Of a DNA stretch of 64,000 nucleotides, positions 11,177 to 21,066 are shown piece by piece (positions within the stretch are counted from its first letter, which is position 1; each line of letters starts with the position of its first letter). Source of the DNA: Deltaproteobacteria bacterium (GTDB taxonomy: Bacteria > Myxococcota > Kuafuiibacteriia > Kuafuiibacteriales > Kuafuiibacteriaceae); the NCBI GenBank assembly GCA_040218735.1, contig JAVJQW010000011.1, forward strand, positions 160,001 to 224,000. The letters run 5' to 3'. The notes below the pieces were generated by a model. The model had not been told where the DNA came from. It did not search any database and saw nothing but the letters and a program-made list of their open reading frames with translations. The position numbers were made by a program, and so were the translations under genes.

Positions 11177-13024
11177 CTACTTCGACGCCGTCGCCGCCTG
11201 CTTCGACTGGATCCAGTCCTCGACCTGACGATCGAGGATCTCCAACGGCACCGCCCCGCCCTGCAGGACGGCGTCGTGGAAGCCGCGGATGTCGAAGTCG
11301 TCGCCGAGCGCTTCCTCGGCCTTCTTCCTCAGCGCCTGGATGCGCAGCATGCCGATCTTGTAGCTCGTCGCCTGCCCAGGCCACACGATGTAGCGCCGCA
11401 CTTCGGAGCGCACCGACTCTTCGGGTTCGGGCGTGTTCGCCAGGAAGTATTCGATCGCCTGCTGCTCGTTCCAGCCCTTCGCGTGCAGGCCGGTGTCGAC
11501 GACCAACCGCACCGCGCGCCACATCTCGGAGGTCAGCCGGCCGAGCTCTGCGTAGGGGTCTTGGTACGTGCCCGGGATCTCCTTGGCGAGCCACTCGGAG
11601 TAGAGCGCCCAGCCCTCCATGTACGCGGTGAAGTGCGCCTGCGTTCGGAACTTCGGCACGTCCTTCAGCTCCTGCGCGATCGCGATCTGCATGTGATGGC
11701 CCGGGATGCCTTCGTGGTACGCGATCACCTCGAGCATGTTCTTCGGCATCGCGGTCATGTCCGACAGGTGCACGTAGTAGACGCCGGGGCGCGAGCCATC
11801 GGGCGTGCCAGGGAAGTAGTGCTGCGCGGCGCCGTCACGCTCGCGGAACGGCTCGACGCGCTTCACGACGATGTCCGCCTGCGGGAGCAGACCGAAGTAC
11901 TGCGGCAGCTGCTTCTTGATGTTCTCGACCGCCGCCTTCGCGTCGGTGAGGTACGCCGCGCGACCCTCGTCGGTGTTCGGGTAGTAGTTCCATTCGCCCT
12001 TGCGCACGTGGTCGAGGAACTTCTCCAGGTCCCCTTCGAAGTCGACCTGCTTCATCACGCCCTTCATCTCTTCGCGGAGGCGCGCGACCTCCGACAGACC
12101 GAGCTCGTGGATCTGCTCGGCGTTCATGTCCGTCGTGGTGTTGGTCCACAGGCGGTACGCGTAGTACGCGGCGCCGTTGTCGCGGCTGCTCACGCCGGTA
12201 GCGATCTCGGGCGAGCGCTTCATCTCCTCCTTCGCCCACGCGATGACCTTCCCGTAGGCGGGCGCGACGTTGTCGACGAGCGCCTTCTTCGCGCGCTGCC
12301 GCATCGCTTCGGCCTCCTCGGCCGTGACCTTCTTCGCCTTCTCGAGCTTCTCGATCTCCGACTTCATGTCGGCCCACAGGCCCGAGTCGTCGCCCTCGCC
12401 GAATGGCTGTCCGGTGATGACGTTCTGGCTCTGTTCGATGACACCTTCCAGCGCGAACTTCGGGTACCGAACCCCGCGCTCGGCGGTGCCCTTCTTCGAG
12501 ATCTCGAGCAGCTGATCGAACGCCGTCGGGATCGCCTCGACGCGTTTGATGTACGCGTCCATGTCCGACGCGCTCTCGACCGTGTGCACGCTGATCAGCA
12601 CCGTCGGCAAGCCGCTCTGTGCGCCGTCCATCTGATGGAAGATCAAGCCGTCGTAGATGAACTTCCGCCCGCGCTCGGTGTCTTCGAGCTGGTGGACCCA
12701 GACGTCCCACGACTGCTGCTCGGCCGGCGAGAGCGCGTCACGATCGAACTTCGCCTTCATCGCCTCGACCGACTTCCGCTTCCACGCGAGGTGTTCGTCG
12801 TAACCCGCGACGGAGAAGTCGCCGAGCTCGTCGTAGCGGTCGCGGCGCCCCATGAACGTCATCTTGATCGGGCTGAACTGCAGCTCCTCTTCGAACTGCG
12901 CGTCGAGCCAACCGACGAAATCCTTCGAGACCTCATCGGTCGTGGTCTCGGCCACTCCGCCGGCGCGGCAGGCGACGACCAGGAACATCGTGACGAAGAG
13001 CGAAGCGCTGATACGGTTCTTCAC
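11177..13024 (-). CDS. DUF885 family lipoprotein
   Basis: HEGIPGHHMQ, AYMEGWALYSE, RLVVDTGLH, PGQATSYKIG; GTG start with VVAC lipobox. Confidence 0.92.
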   Translation of the reverse strand: MKNRISASLFVTMFLVVACRAGGVAETTTDEVSKDFVGWLDAQFEEELQFSPIKMTFMGRRDRYDELGDFSVAGYDEHLAWKRKSVEAMKAKFDRDALSPAEQQSWDVWVHQLEDTERGRKFIYDGLIFHQMDGAQSGLPTVLISVHTVESASDMDAYIKRVEAIPTAFDQLLEISKKGTAERGVRYPKFALEGVIEQSQNVITGQPFGEGDDSGLWADMKSEIEKLEKAKKVTAEEAEAMRQRAKKALVDNVAPAYGKVIAWAKEEMKRSPEIATGVSSRDNGAAYYAYRLWTNTTTDMNAEQIHELGLSEVARLREEMKGVMKQVDFEGDLEKFLDHVRKGEWNYYPNTDEGRAAYLTDAKAAVENIKKQLPQYFGLLPQADIVVKRVEPFRERDGAAQHYFPGTPDGSRPGVYYVHLSDMTAMPKNMLEVIAYHEGIPGHHMQIAIAQELKDVPKFRTQAHFTAYMEGWALYSEWLAKEIPGTYQDPYAELGRLTSEMWRAVRLVVDTGLHAKGWNEQQAIEYFLANTPEPEESVRSEVRRYIVWPGQATSYKIGMLRIQALRKKAEEALGDDFDIRGFHDAVLQGGAVPLEILDRQVEDWIQSKQAATASK

Positions 13025-13062
13025 GGGCGCCCTTTTGCCCCCGCTCGGGGCGCCGGGCAACC

Positions 13063-13452
13063 TCACCCGAGCGCGGCGTTCACATGTGCACGCATCGACT
13101 CCAGATCGGAATCCTTGTCGAGGAAGGCGTGTACGAAGTCGTGCGCGCGGGCGGCATCCGCATCGGCGGGCGCGATCGAGGACGTGTACATGAGCACCGC
13201 GAGGTCGGCGAGGTGGGCGTGGCGCTCGCGCAGGTCGGCGAGGCGCGGGAGGAGGTCCATACCCGAGACGATCGGCATGTTCACGTCGAGGAACACGACG
13301 TCGAAGCGACACGCTGAGTCCGCGAGGACGCGTTCGGCCTCGGCGGCGCTCGCCGCTTCCGTGATCGCGAACGATGCATCGATCTTCCGGAGGCGCCGAC
13401 GCAGCAGGTAGCGTTCGTCTTCGCGGTCGTCGACGATCAGCATGTGGGTCAC
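13063..13452 (-). CDS. Single-domain response regulator
   Basis: LIVDD, FLDVNMP, MYTSS, conserved Lys. Confidence 0.88.
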   Translation of the reverse strand: MTHMLIVDDREDERYLLRRRLRKIDASFAITEAASAAEAERVLADSACRFDVVFLDVNMPIVSGMDLLPRLADLRERHAHLADLAVLMYTSSIAPADADAARAHDFVHAFLDKDSDLESMRAHVNAALG

Positions 13453-14663
13453 GTCCGTTCACCTCGTTCGGGGATCGATACGACGAACCGCGTCCCCATA
13501 CCGGGTTCGCTCTCGAGCGTGATCGTCCCGTTCAGCGCTCGGACGTGACGACCGACGATCGACATCCCCAAACCGGTGCCGTTGGCGCGCTCGGTGTGCA
13601 GGCGCTCGAACATCTCGAAGATGCGCCCGTGCTGCACCTTCGGGATGCCCAGACCGTTGTCCGCGACCGAGATTCGCAGCTCGGCGGCGTCGCGTTCGAG
13701 CGAAATCCGAACGAAGCGGTCGGCGCGATCCGGATCGCTGTACTTCACGGCGTTGGACACGAGGTGAGAGAGGATCTGAAGCAAACGACCCTGCTCGATT
13801 CGGAGCGCTCCGTGGCACGAATCCAACCGTAGCTCGACACCGGCCGCATCCGCCGACTCGGCGTGCGCGATGGCCACGTCGGCGAGCAGGTCATCGAGGT
13901 CCGTCGTCATCTCGGGTGTTTCGCCCTGGGTCGCGCTCGTCAGCTCGAGGAGGTCCGCGACGAGCTCGCTGACGTCGTTTCCGATCTCGATGATCCGCGC
14001 GACGTTCGCGCGCGCCTCCTCCTTCGCGTCGTCGTCGATGTCTTCGAGCGCCGTCTCGGCGAACCGACGCATCATGAGCACCGGGCTCTTCAGGTCGTGT
14101 GACACCCGGTAGGTGAACCGTCGCAGCTCCGCGAGCTCGACCGAGCGCTGCTCGAAGATGACCTCGAGCTGTTCCATCGTGAGCGCGAGCTCGAGCTGCG
14201 CGACGACCTGGCTGGCCAGGGTCGTCAGGTGACGACGCTGCGCGTCGGTGAGGCATCGTGGGTGGTGGTCGATCGCGCACAGCGTGCCGAGGTTGTGTCC
14301 GTGCACCGACAGCGGCGCCCCCGCGTAGAAGCGAACGTGAGGCGGCCCCGTGACCAGAGGGTTGTCGAAGAAGCGCTCGTCCTCGAACGCATCCTCCACC
14401 TCGAACAGATCGTCGTCGAGGATGGCGTGGGCGCAGAAGGCGACCGCGCGGGGGGTCGACTCCACGTCGAGCCCGCAGGAGGCCCAGAAGACCTGACTCA
14501 TCGCGTCGACCATGCTCACGAGCGCGATCGGCGTGCCGCAGATCTCCGCGGCGGTCCGGGTGAGCTGACGGAGGCTACCGGCGACCTTCTCGCGGACCGT
14601 CCCGCACGACGCCAGGACCGCGAGCCGCTCGACCTCGTCCACCGCCTGGGGCGCTTCGATCAA
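13449..14663 (-). CDS. GAF-domain sensor histidine kinase
   Basis: GAF (FCAHAI, RFYAGAPL, GTLCAID), SHDLKSP, NAVKY, DNGLG, GTGLG; TTG start after GGAGG is inferred. Confidence 0.9.
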   Translation of the reverse strand: MIEAPQAVDEVERLAVLASCGTVREKVAGSLRQLTRTAAEICGTPIALVSMVDAMSQVFWASCGLDVESTPRAVAFCAHAILDDDLFEVEDAFEDERFFDNPLVTGPPHVRFYAGAPLSVHGHNLGTLCAIDHHPRCLTDAQRRHLTTLASQVVAQLELALTMEQLEVIFEQRSVELAELRRFTYRVSHDLKSPVLMMRRFAETALEDIDDDAKEEARANVARIIEIGNDVSELVADLLELTSATQGETPEMTTDLDDLLADVAIAHAESADAAGVELRLDSCHGALRIEQGRLLQILSHLVSNAVKYSDPDRADRFVRISLERDAAELRISVADNGLGIPKVQHGRIFEMFERLHTERANGTGLGMSIVGRHVRALNGTITLESEPGMGTRFVVSIPERGERT

Positions 14664-14827
14664 ACCGCGATGTCCTCCATGCGCACGGGGATCGGTTCGG
14701 ACGGATTCCCCTACGCTTGAACGCGGCGTAGAACCCGGGGTCCACCGTGTTCCGGGAAGGAACAAATCTGTACGCCGACCACGGCCCAGGCACACCTAGC
14801 CGCGCCTCTGGCCGGTTTGGCCGACCC

Positions 14828-16288
14828 TCAGGATTTGGCGTTCTGCTTCCTCAGCCGCTCCGACAGCGTGCGCACGAACGTCTGGTACACGTGCAGCGCG
14901 ATCCGCTCGTGCTCGAACATCAGCTGCTGGAGTCGATCCTTACGGATGAGGAGCGCCTTCACCGCGCCGACCGCAGTCACGCGCGCCGACGTGGGCGCGT
15001 CGTCGAAGAGCGACATCTCGCCGACGTACTTCCCGGCGGGGAGCTCCGCGAGGACGCTCTGTTTCCCGCCACCCTCGATCTTCGTGACACGGATCGAGCC
15101 TTCGCGAACGATGAACAGCCCCTCGCCCGCGTGGCCCTGCTCGATCAGGATGTCGCCGTCGCCGAACGACACCTGATCACACACGCCGTACAGCGCCTTC
15201 ATCTCGTCGAGCGTGAGGTCCTCGAAGATCGGCAGCTGCTTGAGCGCGTCGTAGCCGTCCATCCGCTGCACGTAGCCCACCGGCACCGTCTCGGCCGGAG
15301 CCGGCGGCCGCGGGGCGTCGGGGCGCGGCGCGAACGGGTTGCCGTCGAGCGCCGCGAACGGATCCGTGGCGCCAGCGGGCGGGATGCCTTTGACCGACGG
15401 GGCCGGCGTCCCCTTCACGGCGCGGAACGCACCGGAGTTGGCCGGCGCGATCGGCGCGGTCTGGTTCCCCTCCATCGAAGCGTACAGCCGCGCCGTGTCC
15501 TTGTAGTTCTTGTCGAACGCGAGCACGAGCTCGAACGCGTGGCGCGCGTGGTCGACCTGGTTCTGCTCCCACATCAGCCGGCCGAGTCGATAAGCGATCT
15601 CCGCCATCATCTTCGACGTGAGCGGCTGCCCGCGCGGCAGCGCCATCGCGAGCCGCTGCGCCGCGAGGTCGCGGCGACCGAGCTTCACCAGCACCTCCGA
15701 AAGGAGCCCCACCGCCTGAACGAACTGCGGGTGGTTCGACGGCACCTGCGACAACGCACGCGCCGCGCCTTCGTCGTCACCGGCGCGCATGAAGAGCTGC
15801 CCGGCGCCGACGGCGTCACCCGACTTCGCGAGCTGGTCGGCGGCGTTCGTGAAGTCCTTCGCCTTGAAGAGGATCTCGGCCGCCTTCCGGTGGTCGCCGA
15901 GCTTCGCGAACATGCTCGCGGCCTTCTTCTGGTCCCCCGCGTTGAGGTGACACGCCGCGGCCTTGTCCCACTTGTAACTCGCCGCGTACGCACGCGCCGC
16001 CGCGTTCCACTCCTCCAGATCCTCACACGCCGCCGCGGCGCGCTCGTAGTCACGCGACCGGTAGAACAGGTTCGCGATGTTCTTCTTCATCTGGACCGAG
16101 GCCGCGGTGAACTCTTCCCACAGCTGCTTGCCGACCGTCTCCTGCACGCAGCTCTCGTAGAGCTTCACTGCGTCGTCGACCTCGTTCTTGGCCAGGTGGC
16201 GGCGGAGCTGCTCGATCACCTTGCCCGTCGCCATGAACTGTCCGCCCGACGATCCCGACTCGTCGAACTCCCATTCCATCAACGCCAT
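14828..16288 (-). CDS. Helical-repeat (TPR-like) protein with C-terminal cyclic-nucleotide-binding domain
   Basis: N-terminal AA-x-F repeats; C-terminal LIEQG...GEMSLF...SARVTA. Confidence 0.8.
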   Translation of the reverse strand: MALMEWEFDESGSSGGQFMATGKVIEQLRRHLAKNEVDDAVKLYESCVQETVGKQLWEEFTAASVQMKKNIANLFYRSRDYERAAAACEDLEEWNAAARAYAASYKWDKAAACHLNAGDQKKAASMFAKLGDHRKAAEILFKAKDFTNAADQLAKSGDAVGAGQLFMRAGDDEGAARALSQVPSNHPQFVQAVGLLSEVLVKLGRRDLAAQRLAMALPRGQPLTSKMMAEIAYRLGRLMWEQNQVDHARHAFELVLAFDKNYKDTARLYASMEGNQTAPIAPANSGAFRAVKGTPAPSVKGIPPAGATDPFAALDGNPFAPRPDAPRPPAPAETVPVGYVQRMDGYDALKQLPIFEDLTLDEMKALYGVCDQVSFGDGDILIEQGHAGEGLFIVREGSIRVTKIEGGGKQSVLAELPAGKYVGEMSLFDDAPTSARVTAVGAVKALLIRKDRLQQLMFEHERIALHVYQTFVRTLSERLRKQNAKS

Positions 16289-16342
16289 GGCTCGCGATGC
16301 TCGCACGAATCGACGGCGCAGGCATGGTAACGTTCGGCGTCG

Positions 16343-16879
16343 ATGTGGACCTGTGGCCTGTTCGTCCTGCTCGCGCTCGCGACACCCCAGGACTTCGACA
16401 AGGACGGCGTCGCGGACGTGGACGACGACTGCCCGACGGACCCGGGCAACCCGGCCAACAAGGGCTGCCCCGGGGACACGCCGCCTCCCCCGCCGCCGCC
16501 TCCCGCGACGCCCGCGAAGATCGAGGTGTCGGGCGACCGCATCGAGATCGACGACACGATCGAGTTCAAGAGCGGGAGCGCCCGGGTCGATCCGAAGAGC
16601 TTTCAGCTCCTGGCGGAGGTCGCCGCCGCGATCCGCGGCCTCCCCGGTGCGCAGCGGGTCTCGGTCGAGGGCCACACCGACAACCGCGGAAGCGCCAAGC
16701 TCAACCGGCGGTTGTCGAAACAGCGCGCGCGCGCGGTCGTCGCCCACCTGGTGCGCAACGGGGTGGACCGGCGTCGCCTGAAGTTCGAAGGACACGGTGA
16801 GGATGACCCGATCGCCACCAACGACACCCCCGCCGGCCGCAAGAAGAACCGCCGCGTGGATTTCCTCATCCTGCCTTAG
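16343..16879 (+). CDS. OmpA-family protein with thrombospondin type-3-like repeat
   Basis: DKDGVADVDDDCP, poly-Pro linker, EGHTDNRG, NRRLSKQRA, NRRVDF. Confidence 0.88.
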   Translation: MWTCGLFVLLALATPQDFDKDGVADVDDDCPTDPGNPANKGCPGDTPPPPPPPPATPAKIEVSGDRIEIDDTIEFKSGSARVDPKSFQLLAEVAAAIRGLPGAQRVSVEGHTDNRGSAKLNRRLSKQRARAVVAHLVRNGVDRRRLKFEGHGEDDPIATNDTPAGRKKNRRVDFLILP

Positions 16880-17579
16880 CCTCGCGGCGATCGGCTGCAC
16901 GGCCCAGCCGCCCGAGATCCTCGACGCGATCGTCACCGGCTTGGAGCGGGGCGATCTGTCGCCGGCGAAGAAGTCGATCGACCCCGAATACGCCGATCCC
17001 CTCGGCGACCGCGACGTGCTGCTCGAAGACCTCGCCGGCTTCGTCGAAAAGTACGGCAAGCGAAAGCTGGCTTTCACCGACCTGACGACCGGCGCCGACC
17101 CCAGCGCGCTGACGGCGACGCTCACGGGGCGCATGGACCTCGAGCTCGTCGGGCGCCCCACCTGGAAGGTCGTCGGGCCGGCGCAGCTGGAGTTCCGCCG
17201 GCAGGGCGCGTTCTTCGTGCGCAGCGGCCTGTTGTCCCACGTCCGCGACATCCAGCGGCTCATGGCGGCCCGCCGCGCCGCCCTCGAAGCCAACGATGCC
17301 GAGCAGATGCGCCCCCTGCTGCACCCCCGCTACCGCGACCAAGACCTCGACGCCGACGACGCCGTCGAGCGCCTCGCCGCCGACCTGTCGGGGGTTCCCG
17401 TTCGACTGGAGGTGACGAACTACCGGGTCGAGCTGCGGGGCCCGACCGCCCACGTCGACGAGCACTACATCCTTTCGGTCAGGGACAAACGCATGCCGCC
17501 GAGCGTCGCCCGCTTCACGCTCGCCCGAACGGCGGGACGCTGGAAGATCATCGCCGGCCTGTACCCCGAACGGCCTTGA
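16803..17579 (+). CDS. Hypothetical lipoprotein with NTF2/SnoaL-like domains
   Basis: LAAIGC lipobox; two similar halves (IDPEY / LHPRY) ending GRWKIIAG; start uncertain and overlaps ompA. Confidence 0.55.
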   Translation: MTRSPPTTPPPAARRTAAWISSSCLSLAAIGCTAQPPEILDAIVTGLERGDLSPAKKSIDPEYADPLGDRDVLLEDLAGFVEKYGKRKLAFTDLTTGADPSALTATLTGRMDLELVGRPTWKVVGPAQLEFRRQGAFFVRSGLLSHVRDIQRLMAARRAALEANDAEQMRPLLHPRYRDQDLDADDAVERLAADLSGVPVRLEVTNYRVELRGPTAHVDEHYILSVRDKRMPPSVARFTLARTAGRWKIIAGLYPERP

Positions 17580-17612
17580 ACCGGGGTGTCGTTCAGCATA
17601 GGGTCCGGCGAA

Positions 17613-18536
17613 ATGCCGCAGGCGTACGCCCTGAGATTCATCTCCGGCAAGTACCAGGGCGGAGAGTTCCCGCTCACGAACGACCGCGAGATCGTCATTG
17701 GCCGGTCCTCGGAGCTGGACATGGTCCTCGTCGAGGACATGGTGTCGCGCAAGCACGCCAAGATCGCGACGCACACCGGACAGATCGTGATCATGGACAT
17801 GGGGTCCACGAATGGGACCTTCGTCAACGGCGAGAAGATCCGGAAGACCCGTCTCAAAGAGGGTGATCGCATCCTGATCGGGACGTCGATCCTCAAGGTC
17901 GTCGCTGCGTCCTCCAACGGCCCCGTCTCCCAGTCCGTCGCGCGGGAGCGCCTCGAAGAGGTCGGCAAGTCCGACGCGGGCAAGCAGTCCTCGATGAGCG
18001 GTACGCTCGAGGAGGTCCCGATCCCGGACCTGCTCCAGCTGTTCTCCACGTCGAAGCGCACCGGCGTCCTGCACATCAAGTCGGACCTCGGCTACGGCAA
18101 GATCTACCTGCGCAACGGGAACATCTTCTACGCGTCGATCGACGACGACCACGACCTCGGTCCGATGAAGGCCCTGTGTCGCATCGTCGGTTGGGAAGAA
18201 GGCACGTTCGAGTTCGGACCGCCGGAGCCGGACGCCGAGTTCATGCTCGAGCTCGAAGACACCACGGAGTCCCTCCTCATGGAGGCGCTCCGCCAGCTCG
18301 ACGAGTTCCGGCGCATCGCACCGAACCTCCCCGCGCCGCACGAGCGCCTCGCGCTCCCGCGCCCGCTCGAACCGCTCCTGTCGAACCTCAAGGCGCTCGA
18401 GCTCGACGTCTTCCAGCTCATCCACAACCACGGGATGGCGCAGCACGTGTTCGATCAGTCCCCCGCGACGGACTACGAGACCGCCTCGGCGCTGCTGTCG
18501 TTGGTGTCGCAGGGTTACGTGCTTCGCGGCAGCTGA
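17613..18536 (+). CDS. FHA + DUF4388 protein
   Basis: FHA: IGRS...VSRKHA...DMGSTNGTFVNG; DUF4388: SGTLEEVPIPDLLQL...W..GTFEF. Confidence 0.88.
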   Translation: MPQAYALRFISGKYQGGEFPLTNDREIVIGRSSELDMVLVEDMVSRKHAKIATHTGQIVIMDMGSTNGTFVNGEKIRKTRLKEGDRILIGTSILKVVAASSNGPVSQSVARERLEEVGKSDAGKQSSMSGTLEEVPIPDLLQLFSTSKRTGVLHIKSDLGYGKIYLRNGNIFYASIDDDHDLGPMKALCRIVGWEEGTFEFGPPEPDAEFMLELEDTTESLLMEALRQLDEFRRIAPNLPAPHERLALPRPLEPLLSNLKALELDVFQLIHNHGMAQHVFDQSPATDYETASALLSLVSQGYVLRGS

Positions 18537-18566
18537 CGCGCCGAACCACGACGACGCGGATCGCGT

Positions 18567-19247
18567 CTACTCACCTTCACGCACGGGGTAGAGGCTCGGA
18601 GGGAAGTTCCCCGCGATGCCGCCGGACTGGTACTCGATGAAGTAGACGAGCGACCAGATGATCTCCTTCGAGAGGCGGTTCTCCCACGCGGGCATCTCGG
18701 AGTTGTTGCCGTTCACGACCTTCCCGCCCTTCGAGATCATTCGGAACATGTCCGCGTGCTGGCGCTGCTGGCCAAAGAAGAAACCTTGGCCCCCGCCCCA
18801 GTCGGACGGCGGCGGCGGCATGCTGCGCGCGTCCGTCAGGCGACGCCGACCGCCGTGGCACTCGTTACAGAGCGCGGTCCACACCGACGCGGTCTCGATC
18901 GCGGTCTGCTCGTCCCAGAAGATCGCCGGGGCCCGGCGCTCGCTGATCTCCTCGTCGCGTTTCTTCGCCTGGACCAGGCTCAACCCCAGACGCTCACCGC
19001 GGAACTCGAACCACCGATCGCCGAGGTGCACGTCGAGCGCGCGGACGCGCTCCTCTTCCTTCCGCGTCAGCTCATAGGCCCGGCGGATCGGCGCGGGGTT
19101 CGACGCCCCCGGCTCCACGGTCGGCTCGATCGCGTCGGCGCCTGCGGGTTCGATCACCGCGCCCGAGTCGTTCTGGGCCGGTGCCGCGCACGCGGCGAAC
19201 GCGAGCGCCGTCAGGAGGACCTGCCCCCTTCGACGACCGACATTCAT
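18567..19247 (-). CDS. Monoheme c-type cytochrome lipoprotein (paralog A)
   Basis: FAAC lipobox, CNECH, distal MPAW, IWSLVYFI. Confidence 0.82.
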   Translation of the reverse strand: MNVGRRRGQVLLTALAFAACAAPAQNDSGAVIEPAGADAIEPTVEPGASNPAPIRRAYELTRKEEERVRALDVHLGDRWFEFRGERLGLSLVQAKKRDEEISERRAPAIFWDEQTAIETASVWTALCNECHGGRRRLTDARSMPPPPSDWGGGQGFFFGQQRQHADMFRMISKGGKVVNGNNSEMPAWENRLSKEIIWSLVYFIEYQSGGIAGNFPPSLYPVREGE

Positions 19248-20152
19248 GGGTAGGAACCGTACGGCTTGCCGAACTTGTTCTTGTGCGTGCCCGTGCGCTT
19301 CGTCAGTGCGAGCTCGACGGACGCCGAACCGCTCCCGACGTTCGCCCACGCCGACGCGACCTCTGCGCCCGGCGCCCACGCGACGATCTTGCGCTTGCCC
19401 GTGGGCACGCCGTCGATTCGGAACGTCCCGTCCGGCTGCACCTTCGCGAAGTGCCGGTTCGGGAGGATCAACACCGACGCCGCCATGCGCGGGTGGATGT
19501 TGCAGTAGAGGTCGACCACGCCCGGGCTCATGAAGCGGTACGACTTCGCGCCCTCGCCCGCGCGGTACAGACCGAGGTCGAACGTGTTGCCCGGCGAGAG
19601 GGAGAAGACGTTGTGGTAGATCGCGTCGAGGTTCGGGAACTCGACCGTCGTCCCGCGCTCGATCACCGCCCAGTTCGGCGCGAAGCGTTTGTTCTGCTGT
19701 TTGATCGTGACGGAGCGGTTCTTCACCGCGCGACCGCGCACGTTCTCGATGAACACGTACGCGACGGGCTCGCCCTTCGGCACGCTCACCTTCCCCTCGA
19801 CGGTGCCGCCGCCTCGGCTCGAGGTCGAACGACGCGAGGTCGTGGGTGGCGGCGCCTTGCGCGCCTTGGGCGGTGGAGGCGGCGGGGCCGAGCGCCCGTC
19901 CGTCTTCTCGGCGACCGCAGTCGAGCCCGCCGTTCGGTTCAGCAACCGACGCAGGACCTCCGAGCGACGTTTATCGAGCTCCGCGAGCTCGGACAGCGCC
20001 ACGCGCATGGATTCGAGATCGATCTTCAGCTGGCTGACTTCCCGTCGCAGCGCTTCCACGGTCTCGGCGGAAGCACCTTCCTCCTGAGCGAAGGTCCCGG
20101 CGGGGAGCGCAACACCGACCGCAGTCACCCAGGCGATCGTGGTCCTCTTCAT
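19244..20152 (-). CDS. Secreted cupredoxin-domain protein with N-terminal coiled coil and Pro linker
   Basis: Signal peptide; VEFPN.D.IYHNVFS...YCNIHPRM type-1 copper-like ligand set. Confidence 0.8.
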   Translation of the reverse strand: MKRTTIAWVTAVGVALPAGTFAQEEGASAETVEALRREVSQLKIDLESMRVALSELAELDKRRSEVLRRLLNRTAGSTAVAEKTDGRSAPPPPPPKARKAPPPTTSRRSTSSRGGGTVEGKVSVPKGEPVAYVFIENVRGRAVKNRSVTIKQQNKRFAPNWAVIERGTTVEFPNLDAIYHNVFSLSPGNTFDLGLYRAGEGAKSYRFMSPGVVDLYCNIHPRMAASVLILPNRHFAKVQPDGTFRIDGVPTGKRKIVAWAPGAEVASAWANVGSGSASVELALTKRTGTHKNKFGKPYGSYP

Positions 20153-21066
20153 CACGCCCTCCACGCGTACCACAGGAGCGCGATGCTCGCGACGCCGGTC
20201 AGAGCCATCAAACCGATCAGCGCGATCACCACACCGAAGAAGTCCGGCGCCACGACGTGGTGGGGAACCAACCACACCACCCGCGCCGCAGCGCCGTCCG
20301 CGAGGTCTCGCACGATGAAGGCGTAGTCTGCGTCGGTGCTGTTCGCCAGCAGTCGCGCGACGACCGGCGACGGTGGTGCGCTCGCGCTCGCGGCCGAGAC
20401 CTCCCGACCGATCACCAACGCACCGTGTACGGAGAGCGCAGCCTCGATCGCCGTGAACGTCTCCGCGGGCACCGCGTTCCCGACGAGGAGCACGCCCGCG
20501 AGGCGGGGCCCGAGACGGACCCGCGCGGCGCCGATGTTCATGGCGCTGGTGCCGTAGGTCCACGACCCACCGGCCATGTCCTCGCCCCCGAGCAGTCGCT
20601 TGACGACCTCGGAGGTCGACAGGTCGATCCCCTCGAGCTTCTGTTCCCCCGACGCCGCCGTCACCACCCCGGCCGGCGTCAGCAACGCGAGCAGCCCGGC
20701 GCCGCTGCTCGCCCGCACGTCGTCGAGGAGATCCCGCAGCGTCGCGGCGTCGATCCCCGGCGTCGCGAGCGTCGCGCGGACGCGACCGTCGTTGGCGATC
20801 ACCGCGGCCTGCGACTCCAAGAGGTGATGCGCGGAGTCCTGCGACTGCTGGAACATGTGCTCCGCTGCCACGAGGCGGGCGTCGTCGATCGTTTGGTAAC
20901 CGGCGCGGAGCCGCACCACACCGAAGAACGCAAACGCCCCGGCGGCCACGGTCAGCGCGACGGCGACCGCGATCCACCCCTTCGACGCCGACGGCGCCGG
21001 TTCGGGGGTCACGGTCCGCGTCGCGTTCGCTTCGAGGACCTGTAGATGCAACGGGGACCGAGTCAC
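20152..21066 (-). CDS. Two-TM membrane protein with periplasmic Cache-like domain, no output domain
   Basis: TM helix, about 220-aa domain, TM helix, stop immediately after TM2. Confidence 0.6.
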   Translation of the reverse strand: MTRSPLHLQVLEANATRTVTPEPAPSASKGWIAVAVALTVAAGAFAFFGVVRLRAGYQTIDDARLVAAEHMFQQSQDSAHHLLESQAAVIANDGRVRATLATPGIDAATLRDLLDDVRASSGAGLLALLTPAGVVTAASGEQKLEGIDLSTSEVVKRLLGGEDMAGGSWTYGTSAMNIGAARVRLGPRLAGVLLVGNAVPAETFTAIEAALSVHGALVIGREVSAASASAPPSPVVARLLANSTDADYAFIVRDLADGAAARVVWLVPHHVVAPDFFGVVIALIGLMALTGVASIALLWYAWRA

